This document shows, piece after piece, positions 21,349-34,800 of a DNA stretch of 64,000 nucleotides (positions within the stretch are counted from its first letter, which is position 1; the number at the start of each line of letters is the position of its first letter). The position numbers and the translations under genes are program-made. This DNA comes from Amphiscolops sp. MND2022 (taxonomy: Eukaryota), in NCBI GenBank assembly GCA_964187785.1, contig OZ076409.1, positions 83,516,001-83,580,000 of the forward strand, read 5' to 3'. The notes beneath the pieces are model-generated. The model saw only the letters and a program-made list of their open reading frames with translations, did no database searches and was not told where the DNA came from.

Positions 21349-21797
21349 CAGAGATTTGACTCGCTAATGTTTTTTCGCTAATCGCTAACTAACGCTAATT
21401 ACATATCGCTAATCGCTAACTTCGCTAATTGATAGTCGCTAATCGCTAATTAAAATCTATAGTGAAAAGTTTAATTCACATTATGTTTAAAATATGATCC
21501 GAAAAAGAATTCATTACTGTTTACTGTGTAAAAATATGTTTAAAACATAGATAGTAAATTACATAAATATGATAATATATAAAAGTCTTGGGAGGAATCA
21601 GTATATGTAGAGACAATTTGTGATTTATATGTAATGTTCGATGCAAGATCAAGCGTTGTTATAGAAAATTTACCAATAGGAAAACGCCATCGCTTAAGCG
21701 GTCGCTAAATAATATGTATTACGCTAACTAATTTCCGCTAATGTAATCCCTCGCTAACGCTAAAGCGGCGCTATTAGCGATTAGCGTCAAATCTCTG
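21349..21797. mobile_element. hAT-type MITE just upstream of the TyrRS start codon
   Basis: TIR CAGAGATTTGAC…GTCAAATCTCTG; 8-bp TSD cttgcaat/cttgctat; subterminal CGCTAA arrays. Confidence 0.85.
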
Positions 21798-22147
21798 CTT
21801 GCTATTATTGAAAGTTTAATTACAATTATAACTCATTTTGGACTTCTGCAATTACCGAATAATTGTACAAACTTTTGCAATCATTGCAACTTTCACCAAT
21901 ATATGTTTTAAGGTTATGTTTTCAGACGCAACAATTCTCAAAAGTCGATTATTCAAAGCTGTGTGCATTCAGTTTTACGAGAAATTATAGGAAAACATCT
22001 ATAAATTCTTAAACATCCTTAGGTTTTTAAAAAAAACATCTATAAATGCAAATGCGCCGAAGATTTGAAGAAAAAGCTGAGATCGGATGATACATATCTT
22101 TTTTAAAATTATTATTTTGTCTATCAGATATAATGGATCTTCGTCAA

Positions 22148-22310
22148 CAATCAAGTGCCGTGTGTATCATCATGTTGGGGGAGAAGACACACACGTGGTC
22201 TGCAACGAAAGTAGGGAACCCCATACCAGCCACTATCCCAGTAACAAAAAAAACAATCAACAAACTACGCATACTAGCCACTATCCCAGTCGAACAGTAG
22301 AATTTTCTTT
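22148..22310. repeat. Dispersed repeat; inverted copies at ~47240-47405 and ~56750-56912
   Basis: tgttgggggagaagacacacac…ccccatacc…atcccagtaacaa matches the reverse complement of 47300-47400. Confidence 0.8.
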
Positions 22311-22754
22311 TAAAAAACTGCAAAGATATCGAGGTTTTAAAAAAATAAATTAAATGTAGTGAATATCTTCGACAGATCTAGCTAGTAGTCAAGCGCCTTT
22401 AAATAGTTTGATAAAATGCATGCTGCATGGGACGAGGACGTTTGCCTAGCAAAACCCACAAATGTGGAAAATGTACAACCAGTGTGGCCGACAACTCTGA
22501 TGCAGTACAGTACAGATGCTCAAAGTGCATGAACTGGTTCTATCTGGCCTGTAGTGACGTGACGAAATAAGTGTACCCCATCTCGGAAGAATCAAGGGAT
22601 GCCTATGATTCTGCGAGTCCTGTTTACAACTGGTTGAGAATGATCTACAACAACCAGGTGGGATCAAATCTTTTATTGATTCCATTGAGGAATGAATTGA
22701 TTCGACTGTTGAGAGTTATGTTTTTTGATTGAGGAATAAAAAGACAAGTGTTGA

Positions 22755-22798
22755 ATTAAAAAGCTTTTCGAATGTAACATCATTCATCATCAGTTAAC
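22755..22798 (-). ncRNA. Minimal type I hammerhead ribozyme motif of a Penelope-like element
   Basis: Minus strand GTTAA-CTGATGA-T-GAATG(ATGTTA)CATTC-GAAA-AGCT-TT-TTAAT: conserved core, 5-bp stem II, palindromic tetraloop III; about 90 nt 3' of the GIY-YIG stop codon. Confidence 0.65.
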
Positions 22799-22889
22799 AT
22801 TGTATCTAAAATAAAATAAAAAACATTTACTTGCAAAAACCAGGTATTGTACAATCACTAAATGATTACAGGACAGAACTACTGCCACA

Positions 22890-23480
22890 CTAAAAAACAT
22901 AGTTCAGCGTGTGGCTTCTAAATTCGTCGCGCGTGTTGAGGATGGGCTTCTTTCTACGAATGAGTACAGCTTCAAGTGCCAATAGGGTTTTGGGATGCTG
23001 TTCAGTTGCCAGTATTCGCACGTCTTCCAAGCTCAATTCCAATCCGCAATTGGAGAAGTGTTGGCCCACTGGCGTGCTTTTGTTCTTGTGTTCGCGTATT
23101 CGGACGTCTAGATGTCGGATGGTTTGTCCAACATAGGTCCCACAGCAAGCAGAACAACTTATTTCGTATACAAGATGACTCCGAATAGGTTTAGGAACAA
23201 TTGCTTTCAGGCTAGGCAAGTTTGAACTCATTTTCGTGGTGGTAAAGTAGACATTGAGTGATGCCAATGGTTCTAGGGTCTTCTTCAGATTCTTGGCAAA
23301 GGTAATGGATGACGGCCCATTGTACATTAACTTTAAATCGATGTTCAAATCAGCCTTCGGACGATTCGGCTTGCAGGAAGACCACTCTTCACCGGTGCCA
23401 AAATGTTGTCCAAGGTGTGACTGGTAACTTTTTCAATAAAACCAGTGGGATATTGATTGTCACGTAAAATCTTGTTTGTT
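22890..23480 (-). mobile_element. Penelope-like retroelement 3' fragment (GIY-YIG endonuclease), 5'-truncated; partial second copy at 24880-25260
   Basis: LVYEISCSACCGTYVGQTIRHLDVRIREH…HF…LEAVLI…PILN; upstream frameshifted ILRDNQYP linker. Confidence 0.9.
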
Positions 23481-23849
23481 TTTTGACCCTTTGATCCCAT
23501 GGAAAACGACCCTATGACCTCATAGACGCCCAAAAAGGACCCTATGACCCCGTGGAAAAGGACTCCTTGGAAAAATTAAGAAATAAATGGTAAATAGGTG
23601 CCAAAATCACGAGGAAATCAAGGTCTTTGAGTTACTTAGACTTAATTGTAAAAACACCAAAACTTCTCAAAACTTACATTATCAATGTCATATCATTAAC
23701 TACACAGTGACTAACAACTACACTAAATTACGTAAATTTAAGCAGCGTATTTCTAAATTAGACCAAAAATCGTTTTAAGTACGGCAAATATGCTTAAGAC
23801 GAGGTGATTTTATTAGCATCAAGGAGCAGGTGGGCATCTTAAATCAATC

Positions 23850-24545
23850 GAAATTTGGGAAAGATCTGATGGTGCGCCACTCAACAACAGCAAATCCTGC
23901 AGCTGTGTAGCCGGCCTGGAAAAGGATGGGATCTTCACGCGAAATACCGCAAACATAAAGTAATACCCGAATCATATGTCCGCAAATCGAACGAAGGGTT
24001 TTTTTGCCTCAATTTACAGTTGCAGTTGGGAACAGCTGATATGAAAACTTTAGCAGAATCACTTCTAGACGAAATACCGATGTTAATCTCGTCTTTCTGT
24101 TTCCTGTACGCCTCAACAAAGTATCGCTTTCCGCATTTCCATAGGTAAACCTGGTGAAAGGATGTTGTAAACGCCTTCGGTGGAGACCTAAAATGGGAAA
24201 AATGAACTAATCTGAACACTTAAACCAAAACTAGGTTTGTCACAAAATTACCTGTATGGGATGCCACTAGGCTGATTTTCACGTGTAGAATTTGAAGCCT
24301 TGCGTCGTTTATCAAAGCGAAACGAGCGGGTGGGGTCAGAATGGGGATCAAAAAGATCTTTATCCAACTCAATTTCCATTCTTCTTTCGACTCGATTGGC
24401 TTGTTGTTTAAAATGAGATAAGCAAGAATGTGCAGAAACATGCTTCTCAACTCCAAAAAAGGGGTTCGCAGCAAGCTTCTATACCTCCAGCTGAATCAGA
24501 AACAACTGGCTGGATTGCTTTAAAACCCAGGTTACACTTATTGTA
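23850..24545 (-). pseudogene. Probable heavily decayed non-LTR RT C-terminal fragment (duplicated at 25630-26240 and 28373-28465)
   Basis: LILNNKPIESKEEWK resembles the RT thumb segment that precedes the LG motif; many frameshifts. Confidence 0.3.
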
Positions 24546-24549
24546 AGTC

Positions 24550-24601
<52 letters not shown>

Positions 24602-26241
24602 GCTTAATTACTATACCTTATAAAAAAGAAAACTTATTTGGTACAGTAGGCGTAGTAATTAAAATGAAGTTAAAATAAAGTAGCACTTTTGAACTATTGG
24701 AGAAGTTGGAAGCCGTGCCAAATATGGTTTTTATAAAAAGTTGGACAATCTTTGTAAAGTTGTATCATGTGTTCTTCGATAAGTTTCTTCCATTTTTCTC
24801 TCTTGTATTTGATTGTTCTCAGTTCAGTGGGTAAGGAATTCCAACTTCTCACACAGGTATAAAAGGAGGATCCATGACGGGACGTCTAGATGTCGGATGG
24901 TTTGTCCAACATAGGTCCCACAGCAAGCAGAACAACTTATTTCGTATACAAGATGACTCCGAATAGGTTTAGGAACAATTGCTTTCAGGCTAGGCAAGTT
25001 TGAACTCATTTTCGTGGTGGTAAAGTAGACATTGAGTGATGCCAATGGTTCTAGGGTCTTCTTCAGATTCTTGGCAAAGGTAATGGATGACGGCCCATTG
25101 TACATTAACTTTAAATCGATGTTCAAATCAGCCTTCGGACGATTCGGCTTGCAGGAAGACCACTCTTCACCGGTGCCAAAATGTTGTCCAAGGTGTGACT
25201 GGTAACTTTTTCAATAAAACCAGTGGGATATTGATTGTCACGTAAAATCTTGTTTGTTTTTTGACCCTTTGATCCCATGGAAAACGACCCTATGACCTCA
25301 TAGACGCCCAAAAAGGACCCTATGACCCCGTGGAAAAGGACTCCTTGGAAAAATTAAGAAATAAATGGTAAATAGGTGCCAAAATCACGAGGAAATCAAG
25401 GTCTTTGAGTTACTTAGACTTAATTGTAAAAACACCAAAACTTCTCAAAACTTACATTATCAATGTCATATCATTAACTACACAGTGACTAACAACTACA
25501 CTAAATTACGTAAATTTAAGCAGCGTATTTCTAAATTAGACCAAAAATCGTTTTAAGTACGGCAAATATGCTTAAGACGAGGTGATTTTATTAGCATCAA
25601 GGAGCAGGTGGGCATCTTAAATCAATCGAAATTTGGGAAAGATCTGATGGTGCGCCACTCAACAACAGCAAATCCTGCAGCTGTGTAGCCGGCCTGGAAA
25701 AGGATGGGATCTTCATGCGAAATACCGCAAACATAAAGTAATACCCGAATCATATGTCCGCAAATCGAACGAAGGGTTTTTTTGCCTCAATTTACAGTTG
25801 CAGTTGGGAACAGCTGATATGAAAACTTTAGCAGAATCACTTCTAGACGAAATACCGATGTTAATCTCGTCTTTCTGTTTCCTGTACGCCTCAACAAAGT
25901 ATCGCTTTCCGCATTTCCATAGGTACACCTGGTGAAAGGATGTTGTAAACGCCTTCGGTGGAGACCTAAAATGGGAAAAATGAACTAATCTGAACACTTA
26001 AACCAAAACTAGGTTTGTCACAAAATTACCTGTATGGGATGCCACTAGGCTGATTTTCACGTGTAGAATTTGAAGCCTTGCGTCGTTTATCAAAGCGAAA
26101 CGAGCGGGTGGGGTCAGAATGGGGATCAAAAAGATCTTTATCCAACTCAATTTCCATTCTTCTTTCGACTCGATTGGCTTGTTGTTTAAAATGAGATAAG
26201 CAAGAATGTGCAGAAACATGCTTCTCAACTCCAAAAAAGGG

Positions 26242-28372
26242 TAGTAGTAAAAGACTTAAATTCTACTTTTCTGTAGATATTAAACAGCCTGATTATTTAT
26301 GATTGAAAATATAAGAAACAAAAATCAACAGCAATAGCACTTCAAAAACCTTCTACAATCCGATTTATCATAGCCATATTTAAGGTAGTTTCGGAAAATA
26401 TTTTTCAGTTTAGGCTTAAATGAGGTCGTGTCAAAGAAGTCAATCTCGAATTTCGATGATACGAAATTAGCTAGATTAACAACTCTGTTTATGAAAAAGC
26501 TGTCAGTGGACTTCAGTCTTGTTTTCCTTTTAAAGAGAAGTTTTCGTGATGAGAATCGGGTGTCATAATGGCGGAGAGATTCTTTGTAGAGCAGTCCTGA
26601 ACATATCGGAGAATCGTTCACAATACATTGATGTAGGAATAGGAGGTCGTTCAACTGAAACAGCAGAGAAAAGGGAAGCAAATTTAGGGCTAATAACCGA
26701 TCCTTATAATCATCTATAAGTCCAAACCAACGAATAACTTTATTTTGAAAGACTTCTAATTTCGATAAATCAGTCTTGTTGGGAAACCATAGGACTGATC
26801 CATAGGTGATTATTGGTAGGATATAAAGTTTGTAAACTTGTGATTTTACATTAGCCGGTAAGGTAGTCGGTAAGGACCGCTTTAACATCATGAATCGTGA
26901 AAAAGCTTTTCTAATACGAACATCGATGTGGGCTGACCATTTCAAATCAGACGTAAAATTGATACCCAAATCTTTAATAGGGACCGTAGAAAACTCAATA
27001 TCTTTAGAATCAAAGACCAATACACGTCTATCAGAAATTTTATAGCGATGAAGAGTAAACCATAGTAGTTCAGTTTTCGTGTTATTGAATTCCATTTTAT
27101 TTGCTTTCGCCCAGTTATAAATCCTTATAAGATCATTCTGGAGTTCAATGGGATCAGCATTTGAGATTTTCGAATCGTCTGCAAAGAGTAACATTATTGA
27201 GTCGACACAAACACCAGGCAAATCATTAATGAAGATTAAAAATAATAAAGGTCCAATAACCGAGCCTTGGGGGACACCACTTTTGATTGGAAGGGCAGTT
27301 GAGAGACAGTCGTCAATTTTAACTCGTTGTTCACGATCTTCGAGATAACTTTTCAAGAGTTTGAGTATATTGCCACCAATCCCAAAACTGGCAACCTTTT
27401 TCAATAAAATCTCATGATCAACACGATCAAACGCTTTGCTGAAATCAAGATAAACTGTGAAAACTTCGTCTCCTCTGTCGAGGTTGTTGTATATGTAATC
27501 TAAGTGAATTAACAATTGGGATTGTATCGATTTGCTTTTCATGAACCCATGCTGTAAATGGGATATCTTTTTTGAGCAGTGGGGATAAAGTTTTTTAAAA
27601 AGGAGCCGTTCAAAACAAATTGAAAGACGGGATAAAGATGCTACAGGTCTGTAATTTTCGATTACCGTTTTACATTTCTTTTTGTGCATTGGTCTAATGA
27701 AAGTTGTTTTCCAGTTTGCAGGGAAAATTGATGTACTGAGAATGTGTTCTGCCAATTTAAGAAAATGAATGCTAAATTCGTTGGAAATCTGTCGCAGTAG
27801 AAACCCAGAAAGACCATCCGGTCCAGTTCCATTCGTGCAACAGTTTAGAACTGAGTACACTTCATCTAGAGTGATTTCAACATCATTCAATTCTAATTCA
27901 TCGAAGTTGTTGAAATTTTTGATAGTTGAACATTCTTGATATTGGCAAAAGAAAAAGTCGTTGAAAGCATTGGCAATATCAGGTTTACCAGAGAAATTCT
28001 TTTTCTCCCATGTCATTTTTGAGGGATAGGACGAAGAATTTTTGAAAGATCTGACTAGATTATAACAGTCATGCATTCTCGTGTTGTTACTAACAAAATG
28101 GTTAACAAAACAATGGATATCCAACTCAATAGACTCCAAGAGGTCTTTTTTCACTGACATAAATTTTGATATGTTGTAATTTTTCGTTGAAGACGCAAGG
28201 GTTTTCAATTGATTATAAAGGTGAATCGAATGCGAAGTGTAATAGAACGGTAGACTCAAACGCTTTTGACGTTTCTTTCTCATGTGTTTCTTCAGAATTT
28301 CGTCGAAATTATCGAACCAATTCTGGCTATAAGTAGATTCGGAATTTGGCTGTACCATTGAAAATATATGGT
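26242..28372 (-). mobile_element. Young 5'-truncated CR1/L2-group LINE with an uninterrupted RT frame (ORF 26325-28388)
   Basis: GPDG, NYRPVASLS, QHGF, YLDFSKAFDRVDH, GVPQGSVIGPLLF, LFADD and KDLGI; Cys-rich C-terminus; short (TAC)n tail; AAGGG TSD at 26237-26241 and 28373-28377; no endonuclease domain. Confidence 0.93.
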
Positions 28373-28463
28373 AAGGGGTTCGCAGCAAGCTTCTATACCT
28401 CCAGCTGAATCAGAAACAACTGGCTGGATTGGTTTAAAACCCAGGTTACACTTATTGTAAGTC

Positions 28464-28467
<4 letters not shown>

Positions 28468-28503
<36 letters not shown>

Positions 28504-30720
28504 GCTTAATTACTATACCTTATAAAAAAGAAAACTTATTTGGTACAGTAGGCGTAGTAATTAAAATGAAGTTAAAATAAAGTAGCACTTTTGAACTATT
28601 GGAGAAGTTGGAAGCCGTGCCAAATATGGTTTTTATAAAAAGTTGGACAATCTTTGTAAAGTTGTATCATGTGTTCTTTGATAAGTTTCTTCCATTTTTC
28701 TCTCTTGTATTTGATTGTTCTCAGTTCAGTGGGTAAGGAATTCCAACTTCTCACACAGGTATAAAAGGAGGATCCATGAAGAAACTTACTGGAACCAGGC
28801 TCTTTCAATATAATTTTTTTCTTTCATTAATTCGAAAACTCATTGTTGGGAGTTTAAGATGATTCTGAAAAGCTGACCTTTCGTTTTTGAGAATCGAAGA
28901 TAATAAGAAATGATTTCAAGTCAATTCTTTGTTTCATACTTAAAATTTCTTCAGATATTCTCAAAGGGGTTGAGCATTTGTTTCTAGATCTGTAGAACAC
29001 GGTTCTAAGAGCCCAATTCAGTTGTTTCTCTAAAGAAAGTAAAAGAGCACTACTGATATCCGTTAAAAGAAGGTTACAATATTAAAAATGACTTAGGACA
29101 AGAGCATGAAGCAGCACTTTTAAACATTTTTTGGGTAGGTTGTTGCGTATTGTTTGAATTGCTTTTATGCCAAGGCCAATTTTTTAAGCACACTTTTAAC
29201 TTGATATTCGAAAGTTAGTTTATTGTCGATGATAATGCCTAAATACTTTACTTCATTCTTAAGTTTTATATTGGAACCAGCAACTATAAGTTGACTATTG
29301 GATACGGTTATTTTTGGTGTTGAGAAACGTATGAATTCTGTTTTAGAAGCATTCAGGGTTAACTGATTTGACCGAAAATAATTTTCTAGTTTTTCAAGAC
29401 AGATTTGTAAATTCTCAAATGCAACGTCAGGTTTTGGATTCGCTGAGTATATCAAACAGTCATCGGCGTATTGGATAATTCTGCACTCTCCCGAGATGTA
29501 TTTTGTAATATCGTTTATGTAGATGTTAAAAAGTAATGGTCCAAGTACTGTTCCTTGCGGTACACCTTGATATGTTTCGGTGATGTCGGATACCGTATTT
29601 TTGATGACAAATTGTTGGCTTCTGTGTGATAAAAAGCTAAAAATTAGTTCCAAAGCATCATCATTGAAGCCTATTAAGTTCAATTTTTCCAACAAAATTT
29701 GATGGGAGACGGAATCGAATGCTTTTGAAAGATCTATACATACTGAATAAATAGTATCGTTTTCGTCAACATGTTTACGGATCGATTCGGTGAAATAAAT
29801 GAGAGCATCTTGTGTTGATACTTTCTCACGGAAGCCAAATTGAAGAGGAGACAGAAGTTTATTAGATGATAGGTATTGATTAATTTGTTTATGCAAAAGT
29901 TTTTCAAATATTTTTGACAAACTGCTCGTTATTGTAATGGGTCTGTAGTTCAAAGGGTTTAGTGGGTCATCTTTTTTATATAAAGGTGTAATGAGACCTT
30001 TCTTCAAAATTGAGGGAAATTTTTGTTTTTCAATGTATTCATTTATAACCATTGTGAGATGTGGTACAATTTCAGTCATTCCGTCTTTAATAGCCCATGC
30101 TGGTATCGAGCATGGTCCTAGGGGTTTATTGATTTTCAACGATTTTACTGCATCGAAGACTTCTTTGATGGTGGTTGGTCGGAAACTAAACAATTTAGGT
30201 GTAGTTTTGCTTTCAATGTTATTTGGTAATTTTCTTCCGTAGTAATCACCTAGGTGTGAAAATGTATAGTTCAGTAGGTTCGCAATCTTTTTGTCTTCGG
30301 TAATTAAATCTCCGAAAGAATTCATTAGTGCCGATATTCGCGAGTTTTTCACTTTTTGTATTGCGTAGGTTGTTGATAAAATTCCATGTTTTTCTGGACG
30401 ATTTGAAGGTTTCCAATAAATTCAAGCTGTAATCAGATTGCTTTTTAGCTATTAGTTCCGAAAACTCTGGTCTCAATGTTTTGTATTTCTCTCAATTTAT
30501 AGCAGAAGTTTGGCGTTGGTAACGTTTAAGAGCTATTGTTCTTTTTTGTAGCAGGCATTTACATTCATGGTCGAACCATTCTGATTTAAGGTGTTTTTCT
30601 GGTTTTTGAGTACGGATGAAAACTTCCTTTAAAGGAGGGTGCTGCTTCAAAGCTCCACTTAATAGAGAAATGAAAGTGTACAACATAGAATCGGCATTAC
30701 ATTGATTATACATTAGGTAT
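28468..30720 (-). mobile_element. Decayed 5'-truncated L2/CR1-group LINE with a (TC)n 3' tail
   Basis: ORF 29165-30352: NYRPITIT, QFGFR, IDLSKAFDSV, GVPQGTVLGPLLF, QYADD, KYLGIIID; flanking frameshifted ORFs; (GA)n tract at the 3' end. Confidence 0.9.
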
Positions 30721-30803
30721 AATAGGACATAGCCATGAACAAATGGTTGGTTGAATCCCTTGAATCGGTCAAACCAACACCTTTTCATTCAGCTAACCAG
30801 ACG

Positions 30804-31307
30804 GGCTACGTGAAATCAGGTCTAATGAAATAGATCTAAGAGAGGGGGCAAAACTGAGATCTAAATAAATTGATCTAAATAATCAGGTCTAAAATCTCTT
30901 CTAATTTGATCTAATTTGAGAAAAAAAAATAGTCATTTAGGATCTAAAACTGAAAAGTGACATAAAGTATAAAACGTGCCTCGGATATATCCTCATTTCC
31001 TCTAGTGCACCGCGGCCCCTTGGGGCCGCTTATATTCCCATCTTGCTAAGCGAGGTCGAACAGGAGCAAAGACCTAGCGGGAACGGAGATCGCGAAGCGA
31101 TCGTAGTGGGAGCTGGTCTTTGCGACGGTGAGGGTGAGTGTGCACACACCGTATATGACCCCATATTATATTTTCGCTTTCAGAACACATATTAGATCAT
31201 AAAGGTGTTAGACCTAAGTATTTGATAAAATCAGATCTGAAAGTTAGACCTAACCGTTAGATCTAACTCCATTAGACACAAGCAATTAGGTCAAAGGCGT
31301 ACACTCC
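30804..31307. mobile_element. Non-autonomous TIR element with AGATCTAA-motif arms and the shared ~200-bp core
   Basis: Flanked by the direct repeat accagacg(g) at 30796 and 31308; left-arm AGRTCTAA and right-arm TTAGAYCT arrays; core at 30970-31165. Confidence 0.8.
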
Positions 31308-31506
31308 ACCAGACGGTCTTCATCAGTTAAGGATGATAAATAACAAGACGATTTTCTGTGCACTTTTCAGAGAGGGTCTTTTCGCATCCGTCAATATACA
31401 AAGCTCTGTTAGAGATGTAACGTCCGCCACCGGCATGACAAACATTCGATGAAAAATTCGAAATGTGCGATATCAAAATGGAACAATCAAAATGGCCGAC
31501 CTGGCA

Positions 31507-31855
31507 GGGTGGGCGGAAGTAGGTCGAAGGGACGGGATCGAAAATCAGAGTTAGTACTCATGTCGACATACCAAATTTTTGAATGGGATCGAAACAATTC
31601 GGATCGAAATTTTTATAACGTAGTCAGATATGTTCACATACACCTAGTGCCCTGAATGCAGGAGCGAAGCGAAGCGGAGCGACGTGCCATACGGCCATGC
31701 CTCAGTGTTGCTACTTGGCGAAGGGAGCGAAGCGACCGAGCCATACAACAAATACGATAAAATTCAACCGCATTCCATTCGATCCCTGCAATTCGATCAA
31801 AAGTTTCGACCTCTGTACTTTCGACCAGAAAAATTCGACCTAATTACAGCCACCC
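31507..31855. mobile_element. Non-autonomous TIR element with TCGAA-motif arms and an alternative GAGCGAAGCGA-rich core
   Basis: GGGTGG…CCACCC ends; perfect TSD acctggca at 31499-31506 and 31856-31863. Confidence 0.85.
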
Positions 31856-34800
31856 ACCTGGCAGGTACGAGCACATGAACAAAAAAAAGATTCCACGCGA
31901 AAACAGAGAAAAAAAGAGAGCACGTGGAGAATTACTGAGAAAAAAAAGAAGAATGCGAGGGAAAATAGGAAGAAATCAGAAGAATTGAACAAGCCGATCG
32001 GAGTGTTGTGCCATCTCTCCGAAAGAGTGCCCGAAGATGAAGAATGATGTCAGAGGCAAGAAATTGATGGACGACGACAAACTGTAACGTAATTGGGGGT
32101 TATCTCCGTGCTTTATTACTATTTTTTGAGTATTTGGATAGTGTTTGACCTGGTAGGTCTCCATTTTAGTCTTTATTCGCTCAACACAATGTATTTCAGT
32201 TGGACACTAATTTGGACCTCGGAAAAATGTAGGAAGTCGTAGGAACGCATTGGAAACATTAGGGAACGTTTTTACAGCCTTGTGGGGCGCGTCCGGACTT
32301 TGAGAGTGTCGGCACGTCGCCTCGGAGCTCTAACTAGAGAAGCCTCCTTAGACGATAGAAAAGTCCCCTTGGAGACCATTTTGGGATCAAAAACTAGTGT
32401 TTATTGATGTAGTAAACAACGGTCTCCTGTTTAAGCATCCTAGGCATTGTCCCTCTTCCTAGATGTGCGTCGATAGCCGGTCGATACATCTGGAATAGTT
32501 TTTAAGGCGACCACAGAGGGATATTTTTCATTTTGAGTACAAGTAGGAGCAACTTCTGCTTTCCGGCCCTGTTAGGTCTAGGATTTAGGAAAAGCTTAAG
32601 GGAGGGCCCTAGATTGTTTTTATAATCTTTTTCTAGCCCTATGAGCTTTGTACCAGTGTTATTCTTGCGTTTCCTGCATGTTCCCGACGTCTACAACGAG
32701 AAATTAACAGTTTCTAATGGTGTACCCCCTTAAACTATACTTGTACCTAATGAGAAAGCAATTCCGACTTATCCGGAACCTGTTTTGAAGGGTTTTCCAG
32801 CCTATTTTCAGCTAATTGGCAGTGTACAGGGACCGAGAGGACGATTTGTGAACACCCCAACCACCTGAGTACAAGGCGTCTGGCACTTCTCGTTGTGACC
32901 TCCACCTCCCCTGCAACTGCCGAATCTAGGAAGACAAATGTGTTATTTCTTTCCTATCACTTTTAACGGCCCAAAAAGAGTATTCCCAGGCCTATTCCCA
33001 CAAGAACTAACTGAGAAAAACACCCAGAGGGTGATTGGACCAGCTGTTAAGAAATTTGAGCTCGAAAACCTCGAACGTAACGCTATTTTTACCTCAAATA
33101 TCGAAATTTTCAATTGTCAAAACCAAAATTTTGTTAAACAGAGTACGGCCAGTGGGAATACTAAAAAAAACGTTCCAATAGACCTACCGGGTCAAGAACA
33201 AAATTTTTTGCAGGGCCAGTTTTTCAAGATCAACGAAAAATCTAGCAAAATCTACTAAAAATCGTCAAATTTGGCCACTTTGACCCAATTTCACACGGGC
33301 AAAGCCTTGGGCGTTAGCTCTCAAGCCTTTCAAGAAGCCCAAAATCTCTGATATTGAGCTTGGCAACAAATAGCACTGCTGCCAAAGCAATTTTTTGCTT
33401 TCCCTCAATATAAATTGAAACTTTATCAATCCCTTTCTTTTATTACATACAGGCCTGACCAGAGGAACCCCAGAGACCTGAGTGTTATTGAAACTAAACT
33501 AATCATTGAAACAACTCCAAACCCCTAAATAAAGTTATTAGACGTCTATACACTGATGATAAAACCATTCGGTGCATTAGAATACCGAGAGGTACAAAAT
33601 TCTTGGCGAAAACGAGCAATTTTTGTACGGTCCTCAGAGTGTAAAAGGTGCAACGTAAATAAAAATTTTGAAGACTTTATTTGGAACCTACTAGGTTTTG
33701 CTTGCCTATTTTCTGTTAATATAGAGTATAACGTTGCAAACGCAGAAAACCGCGAGTGATTCCAACCAGTGGTTGCCGAGAAATAGCCGAAAACGTGCTA
33801 TTTTAGTGACAATATCGGGACATAGGTGTAGTGCTCCCAGAGCATGTCGGAATTTCTCCTAGTAGGAACAGCCCAAAACGGATTGCACCATCGTTTAGAC
33901 CGCAAAAAGTTACGTTAGTGGTGTAATTTTCAATGCGCTAGCATTACTAGTGAGTGAGAAAACTTATCCGCAGTTTTGCCTAAAGAGTGTACGAAATTGT
34001 AGAAAAAATCGAATTTTAGTTGAACATAGTGCAATACCTTGCAGGTATCCCAGCAATGGAATTCTTGCATTTTCGTACGTACGGCATTAGATTCCGACGG
34101 TTTGTGCAATTTGAGCAGCCTGTGGCTATCCAAAGCCGAGAAAGAAACATTTTTGTGAATTTTGACCCAAAGAACTTGTACCTCAGGTACATCATAGTTT
34201 TGTCACTTCAGGTTGTCAGATAAGCACCCAGGCTTCTCGCCGCCGTATGTTTCCGTTATATGGGCAGAATTTACGCTCGCATACGAAGTTTCAGGTAGCT
34301 AGGACGCCTAGAAAGCGAGTTTGACCAACTTTTGTGTATTTCACGACATAGTCAAATTTTCTGTGACCATTGATAAAAGACCGTAACACCCACCGAGTCA
34401 ATTTCTGCGCAATCGGTGTCCAATTCCCCACGATTCAGCTAATTTAGTATACGGTGTGAAATTGTCATGCCGCTACCAGCGCTGGAAGTAATTTTTACCC
34501 TTTCCAGACGTGCCATTTGATGAAAAAAATATCGATTTAGCGAAATTCGAACAAGAAATCGCACATTTTACACCCTATAACAAGCTTACGAAAACCGCAA
34601 ATACTTCATTCGCGCAAAAAAACATCCCCAACGCATCCCGTTGAACCGGTCGTACCACCTTCCAAGCGTTTCCAATGTTAGAAGCCCCCCGTAACATACT
34701 TTGTGCAATACAAAGTTAGAAAACCAATGATCTAACCCGCTTGAAAAGTGAATGCTTAAAGGCATAGTGCCACCACCTCAGTGCAAACCATACCTCCTAC

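Larger units (their letters stand above)
23102..28779. repeat. 1778-bp tandem duplication (23102-24877; second copy 24880-28779 interrupted by a LINE)
   Basis: Near-identical sequence and ORF translations at an offset of 1778; junction tccatga|cg|ggacgtctag. Confidence 0.95.

Noticed and set aside
31308..31330. Second hammerhead (minus strand CTGATGAAGACC…GGT) interrupted by a MITE
   Set aside because: The reconstructed empty site lacks GAAA directly after stem II; at most a remnant.
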